Assembly (NCBI GenBank): GCA_040377305.1
Contig: JBEIPA010000025.1
Span: forward strand, 1-64,000
From: Flavobacteriales bacterium
GTDB taxonomy: Bacteria > Bacteroidota > Bacteroidia > Palsa-965
Direction of reading: 5' to 3'
Length of the DNA: 64,000 nt
Positions within the stretch are counted from its first letter, which is position 1. Every line of letters begins with the position of its first letter. The translations under genes and the position numbers were made by a program. The notes beneath the pieces are model-generated. The model saw only the letters and a program-made list of their open reading frames with translations, did not search any database and was not told where the DNA came from. Positions 18,233-26,855 of this stretch are shown piece by piece.

Positions 18233-18679
18233 TCACTGCGGATCATCCGTTCGCACCCAAATATCGGTGCGACCTAACAATGAAATTCCGATATAACCGC
18301 GAAGCTCCATTGTGTTTTTGTCTTTGAGGGAACACGTGAGGCTGTATGAATTCCCTGACTTCGGATCGTAGATTTCTCCGTTGTCCCATTCCTGATCATC
18401 TTCTTCCCACTCCAGATTTTTGAGAATCAGCAAACCCTGAATTGGTTTCTTCTGCTGTGCAACGTCGGGATTGTTTTTATCCAGTTTCGGTTTATTTGTA
18501 ACGGTATCGATTGGATTTTTCAACCAGTGAATCTGACCGAAATATTTTCCATACGAAGTATAGATTTTGATTTTCGCATCCTTGTCCTTGTTCCACCATA
18601 TTCCGCAGATGTCGTTTCCTACCCATTGCACGGAAGCAACGGTTACAAAAAAGAAGAATCCAATAATAAACTTGGTCAT
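18233..18679 (-). CDS. DUF2147 family secreted protein
   Basis: 'G.W', 'D.NNPD', 'G.IYDPKSG..Y' and 'RGYIGISLLGRT..W.R'. Confidence 0.9.
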   Translation of the reverse strand: MTKFIIGFFFFVTVASVQWVGNDICGIWWNKDKDAKIKIYTSYGKYFGQIHWLKNPIDTVTNKPKLDKNNPDVAQQKKPIQGLLILKNLEWEEDDQEWDNGEIYDPKSGNSYSLTCSLKDKNTMELRGYIGISLLGRTDIWVRTDDPQ

Positions 18680-18685
18680 GGCTTT

Positions 18686-19792
18686 TTATTTTGAAAGGGT
18701 TTGTAAAACTCGTCGTTGCCTGATCCGCTCAATAGGATCAACCACAAACTTCCATAAAAATACGGCAAAAATTACCGATCCTGCAACAGTGCAGATACCG
18801 AACCATTTCATGTCGTCTGTATGCGTCCAGAAGTACCTTTTTGCGATCATCATGATGAGGTGATGACCAATGTAAACCGGGAATGACAGCTCGCCGATCC
18901 AACGATCCCATTTCATGTTTTTTGTGTGTATGAACACGAACGGAATGCAAGCAAAGACAATGGCGTAGAAAATCCAGCGGAAAGAAGTTTCTTCCATGAA
19001 TTTCATGTGCGGATAATAAAAGATCAGTACCGGCACTATGATCCAGATTGCATACATCATTCCGCGTGGAAAATTCCGCTCTTTGATGCGGGCGTAAATC
19101 TGATACGCCAGACTTCCTGCCATGAACAGTGCAATCTCAAACGGGAAGAACCGATAATTCCACGGATCCCAACTCCAGAAATGTTCGGTGTACACGTGAT
19201 AGCGATACCACAGGCTCGCAACTACTATCAACAACTGCAGCCACCATCCTCTGCGAACGAGAAATGGTGCGATGAGATAAAAACACAATTCCAATCCAAG
19301 CGTCCATATCTGCGGAACGAATAATGTGCTTGACGACATGGGTTTGTAATCAAGTCCGTTTTTCGCAAGATGAAAATGTCCTGTTGCGCGGTCAACGCCG
19401 GTGAAGAAGAGTAAATCGCTTCCGAAGATGAACAGGTTTGCGATGATCGCGAGTGCGAAGAATGTCCACGGCGTGTTTTCCGGTTGTGCCATCCATCCGT
19501 AGAGATAAAATGGTTGGTCCCACACGAGATAACCCACAACCGAAGTTGCAATCGCGAGCAGTAACACCACCCAATAGACCGGATACAAACGCAAAAACCG
19601 ATTTGTGATGAAAAGCTTCCACGAACCTTTTTTGTTGGTGTACTTTTCATTCAGGATGAGCGCCATGTAAAATCCGGAAATGATGTAGAAGGCCTGAACG
19701 GCTACGATACCACCGGTCATCTTCTCTCCGAATATCGTGTACGAATGATACACGACTACGGCAATTGCGAGTAAAAATCTAATTATACCCAC
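18686..19792 (-). CDS. Acyltransferase family 3 (OafA-like) membrane protein
   Basis: 'RFLLAIAVVVYH', 'FYIISGF', 'RFLRLYP', 'WTLGLELCFY' and 'GELSFPVYIGH'. Confidence 0.9.
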   Translation of the reverse strand: MGIIRFLLAIAVVVYHSYTIFGEKMTGGIVAVQAFYIISGFYMALILNEKYTNKKGSWKLFITNRFLRLYPVYWVVLLLAIATSVVGYLVWDQPFYLYGWMAQPENTPWTFFALAIIANLFIFGSDLLFFTGVDRATGHFHLAKNGLDYKPMSSSTLFVPQIWTLGLELCFYLIAPFLVRRGWWLQLLIVVASLWYRYHVYTEHFWSWDPWNYRFFPFEIALFMAGSLAYQIYARIKERNFPRGMMYAIWIIVPVLIFYYPHMKFMEETSFRWIFYAIVFACIPFVFIHTKNMKWDRWIGELSFPVYIGHHLIMMIAKRYFWTHTDDMKWFGICTVAGSVIFAVFLWKFVVDPIERIRQRRVLQTLSK

Positions 19793-19843
19793 TAGACGCT
19801 TCTTTTTTCCTGCCGCAGATTCGCAGATTTCGCTGATTAAATA

Positions 19844-20428
19844 TTAGCCGTGGATAGTCTCACTTTTACCATAGCGGGTAATCACTTCCGCTTCGTATGC
19901 GAGAAAATCATTCCAGCGCTTATCGACATCGACACCTTGTCCATACTTGCGAGCGAAACCTATGAACGTGGTGTAGTGATTTGCTTCACTGATCATCAGT
20001 TCGCGATAAAAGTTCGAAAGGAATTCGTCTTTGATATTTTCGGAGAGTACACGGAATCGTTCGCAACTGCGCGCTTCAATCATTGCAGCCAGGAGTAAAC
20101 GATCAACGAAACTCTCTTCACGTCGGCGATCCGGAATCTGTGTAAACTTGCGCAGCTCATTCACGTAGCTATCTTTTCGTTCCCTGCCTAGAATACCTCC
20201 ACGTGAAATGATGATATCATGCACCATTTTAAAGTGAGATATTTCTTCCTGCACAATAACCGTCATCGCAGTTACGAGATCAGAATACTCCGGAAAATTC
20301 ACGATGATGGAAATTGCATTCGATGCAGCCTTCTGTTCGCAGTACGCGTGGTCGGTGAGAATTTCATCGATGTTGCTTTCTACGATGTTGACCCATCGTG
20401 GATCAGTTGTAAGCTTAAGGCCGAGCAT
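19844..20428 (-). CDS. miaE: tRNA-(ms2io6A37) hydroxylase
   Basis: 'DHAYCEQKAA', 'EEISHF', 'IEARSCERF' and 'SEANHY' di-iron motifs. Confidence 0.93.
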   Translation of the reverse strand: MLGLKLTTDPRWVNIVESNIDEILTDHAYCEQKAASNAISIIVNFPEYSDLVTAMTVIVQEEISHFKMVHDIIISRGGILGRERKDSYVNELRKFTQIPDRRREESFVDRLLLAAMIEARSCERFRVLSENIKDEFLSNFYRELMISEANHYTTFIGFARKYGQGVDVDKRWNDFLAYEAEVITRYGKSETIHG

Positions 20429-20439
20429 ATTTTGTGGTG

Positions 20440-21711
20440 TTAAAGTTTTGGTAATGACGTGGCTTCATCGCGACGAAGAAAATAACGAATGAATGGTCCG
20501 CTTGTTAAACTGGTCACAAGCGCCATAATGACCAGCGCGACAAAAATTGGTTTGCCGATTATTCCTGCATTGTATGCAAGTGTTCCGAGAATAATTTCCA
20601 TTGCACCGCGCGCATTGAGACCAAATCCTATTGCGAAAGATTTATTGTTGTTGAGTCCGCCTAGTTTTGCGCCTAATGTTGCGCCGGAAACCTTTCCTAC
20701 GTAAGCGAGAACTAATACGATCAGTACAATGGTAACATCGAAGTTCTCAATGAAGTTCACTTTCAGTCCGATTGAAACGAAGAAAAGTGGTGCGAAGAAA
20801 TTAGTCACAAACTGGTGAATAATTTCGCGGGCCTGTTCGCGCAAGTGTACGGAATCACCGATTGCAATACCGGCGATGAATGCGCCAAGTATCGCATGCA
20901 AACCAATACTCTCCGTAAATGCAGCGCACACGAGGCATAAACCGAGACACATTGCTAAAACTCCTCCCGGCCATGACAGTTTGTTCTGCATCCACGGCAA
21001 GGCATAATTAATTAAGCGTCGACCCACAAAGAGCATGAACGCACCAAACGCAACTACATAAGTGATAGTCCAGCCAATCGACATATCGTTGGTGCCGTGA
21101 CCGCTCATGGATAGAATTACAGAGAACACCAACCATCCCACCAAATCGTTGAACATGGCAGAGGCAATGATGATCATCCCGATCTGCGTTTTGAAAATAT
21201 TCATGTCCATCAAGATGCGCGCAATAACCGGCAACGCAGAAATGGATAAGGCCGTACCTAAGAAGAGTGCGAAAATCAATTTTCCATCACCACTTATATC
21301 AACCGCGAATAGTTCGGGCAACCACCACGCTACAGCAAATCCGGTGAGGAAAGGAACAAGCATTCCACCGAGCCCGGTGTAAATTGCTGTTTTCCCTTGC
21401 CGGAGCACGAGCGGTAAGTCGACTTCCATGCCTGCAACAAAGAGAAGCATGATTACCGACAAACTAAATATTCCGTCAAGCGCATAAGCGACCGGTGCAT
21501 TAGTCGTAAGCGGAAATAGGTAATCGTACGCTTCCGGATAAAGTGTTCCGAGAATTGTTGGACCAAGTGCAATGCCGACCAGCAACTCCCCCATCACCAC
21601 AGGCAACTTGAACTGTTTGCCCAGTTCAGCAACAATGCGCGAAAGAATGAGCATTGCACTGATGGCGAGCAACAGTATAATCAAGTCGTGATGTCCGAGT
21701 CTGTACGGCAT
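20440..21711 (-). CDS. Cation:proton antiporter (CPA2/Kef family)
   Basis: About 12 TM helices, 'GELLVGIALGP', 'FNDLVGW', 'PLFFVSIG' and 'ARGAME'; start MPYRLG at 21711. Confidence 0.9.
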   Translation of the reverse strand: MPYRLGHHDLIILLLAISAMLILSRIVAELGKQFKLPVVMGELLVGIALGPTILGTLYPEAYDYLFPLTTNAPVAYALDGIFSLSVIMLLFVAGMEVDLPLVLRQGKTAIYTGLGGMLVPFLTGFAVAWWLPELFAVDISGDGKLIFALFLGTALSISALPVIARILMDMNIFKTQIGMIIIASAMFNDLVGWLVFSVILSMSGHGTNDMSIGWTITYVVAFGAFMLFVGRRLINYALPWMQNKLSWPGGVLAMCLGLCLVCAAFTESIGLHAILGAFIAGIAIGDSVHLREQAREIIHQFVTNFFAPLFFVSIGLKVNFIENFDVTIVLIVLVLAYVGKVSGATLGAKLGGLNNNKSFAIGFGLNARGAMEIILGTLAYNAGIIGKPIFVALVIMALVTSLTSGPFIRYFLRRDEATSLPKL

Positions 21712-21712
21712 A

Positions 21713-22597
21713 TTATTCGGTAACTCTGGAATGAACAATCAGGAGATTGCAGGGAAGATCTTCAAGAATGTATTCCATTCCATGCGTAAATATTCTGTCC
21801 ATGATTCCGTACTTCACATCGGGAGAGTTGATCACCAGCAAGTCTGCTTTTTTACTTACAGCGAAAGCCCTGATCGCATATCCGGGTTTACCGCTTACTT
21901 GTTTGTCGGAAATCTCAATTCCTTTTCCTTCGTTGCAGGTAGCAAGAAGTTCGTTCATTTTTTCGTTCGCACCTTCCCTGAGTTCTTTACGAATGCGACT
22001 TACTTCGCCTGCAGTGTTATCGTCGGCCATCGTCATCGCCAATCCAGGCTGATGTGATTCACTAGCTGCAATAATCTCCCTTGTCTTGAGATGCTTCGCA
22101 CAGTAAATCGCCGTATTCAGCGTGTGGACTGTTTTTGCACTCTCTGTAATGTGAACGACCATTTTTTTAAATCGCGAACCACTCGTTGACGGATCATTCA
22201 GGAGCAACACGGAGCACTTCGCACGTCGGGCAATTTTTCGCGCGAGCGTTCCCAGGTAAAACTGTATCATGTTTTCCTTTTGAAGCGCGCCCATTACGAG
22301 CAGATCAACGATATGAAGCTTACAGAGATGCAGAAGTGTTTGAACGGGTTCACCTTCATTCCACACCACACGTGTCTCCTTCTCATCGATTCCACACTTT
22401 GCCATGAGTTCAAACAACCTATTCTCTTTCTCGCGGTCGCGTTCACCAACGTGCATCAGAATCAACTGGGCGTTGAATTTCTCTGCAAGTATTTGCGCCT
22501 CAGCGAGTATGTTCTCCAGGCGGGGAGAAAATGCAACCGCAACTCCTATCGTTTCAAAGGGCCAGGAGGGACGGTTTTTAAGTTTGCTGTAGTCCAT
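21713..22597 (-). CDS. Tandem-domain universal stress protein
   Basis: Two USP domains ('DLLVMG...LGTLARKI', 'ADLLVI...LPCNLLIV'); start MDYSK at 22597, since the ORF's N-terminal extension translates repeats. Confidence 0.85.
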   Translation of the reverse strand: MDYSKLKNRPSWPFETIGVAVAFSPRLENILAEAQILAEKFNAQLILMHVGERDREKENRLFELMAKCGIDEKETRVVWNEGEPVQTLLHLCKLHIVDLLVMGALQKENMIQFYLGTLARKIARRAKCSVLLLNDPSTSGSRFKKMVVHITESAKTVHTLNTAIYCAKHLKTREIIAASESHQPGLAMTMADDNTAGEVSRIRKELREGANEKMNELLATCNEGKGIEISDKQVSGKPGYAIRAFAVSKKADLLVINSPDVKYGIMDRIFTHGMEYILEDLPCNLLIVHSRVTE

Positions 22598-22618
22598 GAG
22601 TGGCACAAATATAGGCGG

Positions 22619-22766
22619 AAGATGGGAGTTCGGAGATGGGAGACGGGAGACGTGAGTGAAACCTTGGTATTGGGAATGATGTGAACCCCGTATTGCGACT
22701 TTCACACCACTGCTTTCTTGTACGGACACCATATACTCCCGTATCCCATCTCCGAACTCCCATCTT
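22619..22766. repeat. 31-bp near-perfect inverted repeat built of heptamers
   Basis: 22619-22649 and 22736-22766 are reverse complements at 30 of 31 positions. Confidence 0.9.
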
Positions 22767-22912
22767 TTTGAACATTTATTTTCGACGGATTGCGCAGAAA
22801 AGGCGGTGCTTGATTCCATTCAGCCTTTACCCGAAAAACACTTAATAAAAGCCAAAACCTTCGGTTTATGATTTGCGTTAATAAGGCGGCAGTATCACTT
22901 TACAACAGGAGT

Positions 22913-23281
22913 ATGAAAAAAGCAGTTTACATTGTAGAAGACAACCCGCTTTTCGTGTTAATGCTGAACTATCGTTTTGATGAATGGACGAATGTTCGGC
23001 TCATGCACTTTACCACAGCGGAAGAATGCTTACAGCACGTGCAGGAGAATCACTCACACCCCTCGTTGTATGTATTAGATTATCAGCTACCCGGCATGAA
23101 TGGTTTGGACGCGCTGAAACAAATCAAGAAAATAGATACCGATTCACGCGTAGCTATTTTATCTTCGACACTGAATCATGAAGTTACGCTTGCTTTGCTG
23201 CAGGCCGGCGCTGAAGAAGTGATCGAAAAACGCGATCGTTATCTGGAGAAGCTGTGTCGCTTGCTCGGTGAAGTGGCTTAA
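22913..23281 (+). CDS. Single-domain response regulator (receiver)
   Basis: 'YIVEDN', 'LDYQLPGMNGL' and 'AGA...IEK'. Confidence 0.85.
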   Translation: MKKAVYIVEDNPLFVLMLNYRFDEWTNVRLMHFTTAEECLQHVQENHSHPSLYVLDYQLPGMNGLDALKQIKKIDTDSRVAILSSTLNHEVTLALLQAGAEEVIEKRDRYLEKLCRLLGEVA

Positions 23282-23301
23282 GACTTCAGGTTCGCGCTTC
23301 G

Positions 23302-24450
23302 ATGCGAAAACTCATTCTGATTGCAGTCTTGTTTGCAGGGACTGTTCTTCACGCCCAAAACGTGAAAGGACTTTACGTGAATCAATTCGCGACTATCCTT
23401 GGCGACATTCCCGCAGAAGACAGTTTGCTGAATTACGCGTTCGGTAATGGATTCAATTATCTGGCGTTGTATGAACTGCACCTGGTGCATGCTCAACACG
23501 ACTTAACGAATTTTGCTGCATCTGCGCCACTCGCTGCCTTCATCAACAAAGCGAAAACGCAGTACGGCATTATGGAAGTCGGTGCGATTGCCGAGAACTA
23601 TTGGTTTTTCCAGAACAGAATTCACACGTACAATCAGCTGCACAGTAATCCGGATGAACAATTCGATGTGTTCAATCTTGAATTTGAATTCTGGATTGCA
23701 TCCGCAGTTGGTCCGGCCGGATATTACTGTACCACGTATCTTTCGCCGAACGGATTTGCCTGCGACACAGCGGGAGGATTCGATTTCTACATCAGCGAGC
23801 TTCATAAGATTGATTCGCTTGCTGCAACCGAAGGACATATTTCCGAAACGTATGTCGGTTGGCCAACAGAAGGGCAATGTCACGAGATCACTACAACCTG
23901 CGATCGTGTTTTGCTGCACGCGTATGTTACAAACGACAACATTGCATACGGCTATACGCAAACACGATTGTCGTACTTCGGAACATCAGCTTCTGTCGCA
24001 AACATCATCGTGATTTTTTCATCCGAGCCCGCGTTCATGGGTCCGTGGTTGGGAAGTAATCCGGAATACACCGCGTGGAATACTTACAGCGCCGCTTTCT
24101 CCAATGAAACTGCAGGCTGGGCAAGCGGAATCAATCTGATCGGTTATCAATGGTTTACATATACCGATATGCCGTATGAATTGGCAACGAACATAGATAC
24201 CGAACCAAGCGTCGTGCACTATTACATTGCGCAAGATCAAAACCAGCTATTGATTTCAGCTGCAACAACTGTTTCAAGAACATTCGCGCTGTTCACCGTA
24301 ACGGGCGAAAAAGTTCTCGTTCAAAACAGTACTTCCACATTGACCAGTATGGATCTGAATTCACTGGCAAGCGGAATGTACGTTCTCACAATCACCGACA
24401 ATTCCACCGGAGCCGTTTACTCGCGCAAAATTGTTTTTACACACGAATGA
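23302..24450 (+). CDS. Secreted protein with T9SS type-A CTD and a possible TIM-barrel-like domain
   Basis: Signal peptide; C-terminal 'LNSLASGMYVLTI...YSRKIVF'. Confidence 0.7.
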   Translation: MRKLILIAVLFAGTVLHAQNVKGLYVNQFATILGDIPAEDSLLNYAFGNGFNYLALYELHLVHAQHDLTNFAASAPLAAFINKAKTQYGIMEVGAIAENYWFFQNRIHTYNQLHSNPDEQFDVFNLEFEFWIASAVGPAGYYCTTYLSPNGFACDTAGGFDFYISELHKIDSLAATEGHISETYVGWPTEGQCHEITTTCDRVLLHAYVTNDNIAYGYTQTRLSYFGTSASVANIIVIFSSEPAFMGPWLGSNPEYTAWNTYSAAFSNETAGWASGINLIGYQWFTYTDMPYELATNIDTEPSVVHYYIAQDQNQLLISAATTVSRTFALFTVTGEKVLVQNSTSTLTSMDLNSLASGMYVLTITDNSTGAVYSRKIVFTHE

Positions 24451-24451
24451 T

Positions 24452-24778
24452 ATGAAAATCTCAGAAGCACAATCGCAAGTCGACAACTGGATCAAGACGC
24501 ATGGCGTTCGTTATTTCAGCGAGCTCACGAACACCGCAGTGTTGATGGAAGAAGTTGGAGAACTCGCGCGCATCATGGCCAGAAAATTTGGTGATCAGTC
24601 CTTCAAAAAAGACGAAGACAAAAAAGAGTTGGGCGATGAAATGGCAGATGTGTTGTTCGTGTTGATTTGTCTGGCGAATCAGTGCGGCGTGAATTTAGAA
24701 GAAGAGCTGAAGAAGAATCTGGAGAAGAAAACGAAGAGAGATGGGGAGCGGCATAAGGGGAATGAGAAGTTGAGGTAG
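24452..24778 (+). CDS. MazG-like nucleotide pyrophosphohydrolase
   Basis: 'LMEEVGELAR' and 'DEMADVLFVL.CLAN'. Confidence 0.9.
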   Translation: MKISEAQSQVDNWIKTHGVRYFSELTNTAVLMEEVGELARIMARKFGDQSFKKDEDKKELGDEMADVLFVLICLANQCGVNLEEELKKNLEKKTKRDGERHKGNEKLR

Positions 24779-24903
24779 ACCCTGTAAAACCCAAAAAACT
24801 AATTGCGGTATCTATTTCGCTAGCTGCTAGTCAAAGTTTGCGATGAGCAGACCCATCGAAGGTGATCCACCACCACGATCCTCGAAGCATGACAGCCTCT
24901 AAA

Positions 24904-25221
24904 TTATTCGTTCCGGTCGCGTACATCCAACTTGCGTACCATCCCATCGGTCAACGCATCTGATGATGTACCATATCCATTAACAAGAACACCTTTCAGG
25001 TTATATTTCTCAGATGAGATCGCATACAGAATCGCCTGATCGGCCGGATCGCTCGCTCCTTCGAATCGATAGAACCTGTCAATGACAAAATCGTCGGGGT
25101 GAAGTTTAAATTTTCCGGTCTGACAATCGATGCAGTCATTTTGAAGATTAAAGTCCTCAGTATATCCGCGTTTACGCAATTCATTCATGACTTCAGACAG
25201 CGGTGTCAGGTAATTGTTCAT
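24904..25221 (-). CDS. Conserved Bacteroidota hypothetical protein
   Basis: 'L.KRGYTEDF', 'YRFEG.SDP.D..ILYAI' and 'KGVLVNGYG'; from recall this family is often auto-labelled PRPP synthetase, but no PRS motifs are present. Confidence 0.75.
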   Translation of the reverse strand: MNNYLTPLSEVMNELRKRGYTEDFNLQNDCIDCQTGKFKLHPDDFVIDRFYRFEGASDPADQAILYAISSEKYNLKGVLVNGYGTSSDALTDGMVRKLDVRDRNE

Positions 25222-25396
25222 GGCGATCGGAGAATTAATGAATACCTACTCAAGCTCAAGTTAACAATAATATTGGCTAGAGAAATGGTTACCGGGTAGT
25301 AGTGAATTAGCCGGACACATTATTCATGCTTACTTACCTCGCGAATTAGTCAGGAATGAATCTCGAAGACTCTTTAAAGAATAGTTTAGAGAAAAA

Positions 25397-25480
25397 GACG
25401 TAGCGGGATTCGGAACGGTTCGCCTTGCTTTTACCAAGAAGTTAGCGCAACCTGCACCGCGTCTCCGATTCCTCCGCGTC
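25397..25480 (+). ncRNA. Candidate structured non-coding RNA
   Basis: Long imperfect closing stem (GACGTAGCGGGATTCGGA / TCCGATTCCTCCGCGTC) with internal hairpins; -7-like TAGTTTAG at 25382; strand uncertain. Confidence 0.35.
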
Positions 25481-25545
25481 GTCGCGCTTCATTTACTACT
25501 TTTTGGTGAGCCCCTCCTCCTCGCATTACCCTTACGTTTGCCGCC

Positions 25546-26013
25546 ATGCGCCTCCCCTACCTGCTCTTAGCACTTCCCATTGTATTTTTCATCTCCTGTA
25601 AGAAAGACGAACGCTACTTGTGGCGCGATCCGGGTGTGTGGGAAATCGAATCCATGACGATTGAATATCTGAATTCGTCGGGTGGAGTTGATAGCACAGT
25701 GACTGCACCGATCTCCGGTTTCTTCATGTTCTACAATACGCCTACTGATGAGGCCGATCCCATGTACCTGATCACACACGCTATGACGGTGAAAGGGCGC
25801 GAACAGCATGGTGCGCACTACTGGAGGACGAAACAAAAAGTTATTTACCTGGTCAATCTGGATCAGTCGAGCTTTCGTGTTTATACGGTCGACGATAAAG
25901 GCCGGAATAAACAGACGTGGGATTACGAAGGAAAAAACAACGGGCTGCATACCAATACAGATACATCCGTGTTCGTGCGTGAACATATTGAACTAATCCG
26001 TGTGAAGCGATGA
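25546..26013 (+). CDS. Lipoprotein, hypothetical
   Basis: Lipobox FISC followed by KKDE; -7 box TACGTTTG 5 nt upstream. Confidence 0.8.
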   Translation: MRLPYLLLALPIVFFISCKKDERYLWRDPGVWEIESMTIEYLNSSGGVDSTVTAPISGFFMFYNTPTDEADPMYLITHAMTVKGREQHGAHYWRTKQKVIYLVNLDQSSFRVYTVDDKGRNKQTWDYEGKNNGLHTNTDTSVFVREHIELIRVKR

Positions 26014-26705
26014 AAAAACTGCTCGTGATTTTAATGGTTGTGCTTTCAGTTCAAAGTGCGCGCGCTGAAAATATACTCGGAGTGGGTTACCAGTACGGTG
26101 TATTTCATCTTGGAAATATCAATCGCACCGTGTACGCGTATAACTACACGCGTCAATGGCTCACGCAGTCGATGGCATACTTCCATACCATGCCCGGAGT
26201 GCAGGTACATTACTCACACGTGAAGGAATTCTGGGGACTTGAATTCAACGTGAATACCATGGGGCAAACGAACGAAGCTTACGGCATCGAAACATCGTCA
26301 GGTCTCGAAGCACATCGTAAGATTAAGATGGGATTGTTCTGCTGGGGAGCGGGTGCCAGTGTTATTCTGAAACGTACAGAGCATTTGATGTTAGGATTCA
26401 GTCTTACGTTCGATCACATGCGTTTATCCGGTACCACAGAATACAGCAATCCACTGGAGTCTGAATACATGCGTGTCATCGTAGAGAAATGCTGGAGCAA
26501 TTCCATACGCGTAAATCTTGGGTGGTTTCCGATCGAGCGCGTTGGATTAACGTTGCGTCCTTTTGTCATGTTGCCTTATCGTAAAGCAAACACAGAAGGA
26601 CTGATGTACTATCTGCAGGGCGATTACAATACGCAGCGGACATCGGTTTGGAATTATGGGTGTACGTTAAATCTCACTTTCCGGTTTGGGTATATCGAGT
26701 TTTGA
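26010..26705 (+). CDS. Putative outer-membrane beta-barrel protein
   Basis: Signal peptide, amphipathic strands, terminal Phe; ATGA overlap with the upstream gene. Confidence 0.65.
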   Translation: MKKLLVILMVVLSVQSARAENILGVGYQYGVFHLGNINRTVYAYNYTRQWLTQSMAYFHTMPGVQVHYSHVKEFWGLEFNVNTMGQTNEAYGIETSSGLEAHRKIKMGLFCWGAGASVILKRTEHLMLGFSLTFDHMRLSGTTEYSNPLESEYMRVIVEKCWSNSIRVNLGWFPIERVGLTLRPFVMLPYRKANTEGLMYYLQGDYNTQRTSVWNYGCTLNLTFRFGYIEF

Positions 26706-26855
26706 TGCCGTGCAGTAATTTGATCTTATGAGATACGTTTGAGTTTATCTCATTAAATCCAACAGCCAATTTTGGAATAGACCCAGGTCATCCGAGCAAA
26801 CGAATAGAAAACAACGGGCCTAAAAATCCGCGTTCCCTTTTCGTACTTTTAGTGC

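Noticed and set aside
21713-22819. Long N-terminal extensions in the ORF track (also 1920-3071, 14427-15110, 28854-29786, 56447-59098)
   Set aside because: The extensions translate intergenic repeats or promoters; downstream starts fit the -7 boxes, signal peptides or domain boundaries.
25397-25425. tRNA, from a minus-strand GTTCCGAATCCC resembling a T-arm
   Set aside because: There is an extra base in the T-loop and no D-arm, anticodon arm or acceptor stem can be built; kept only as an unknown RNA candidate.
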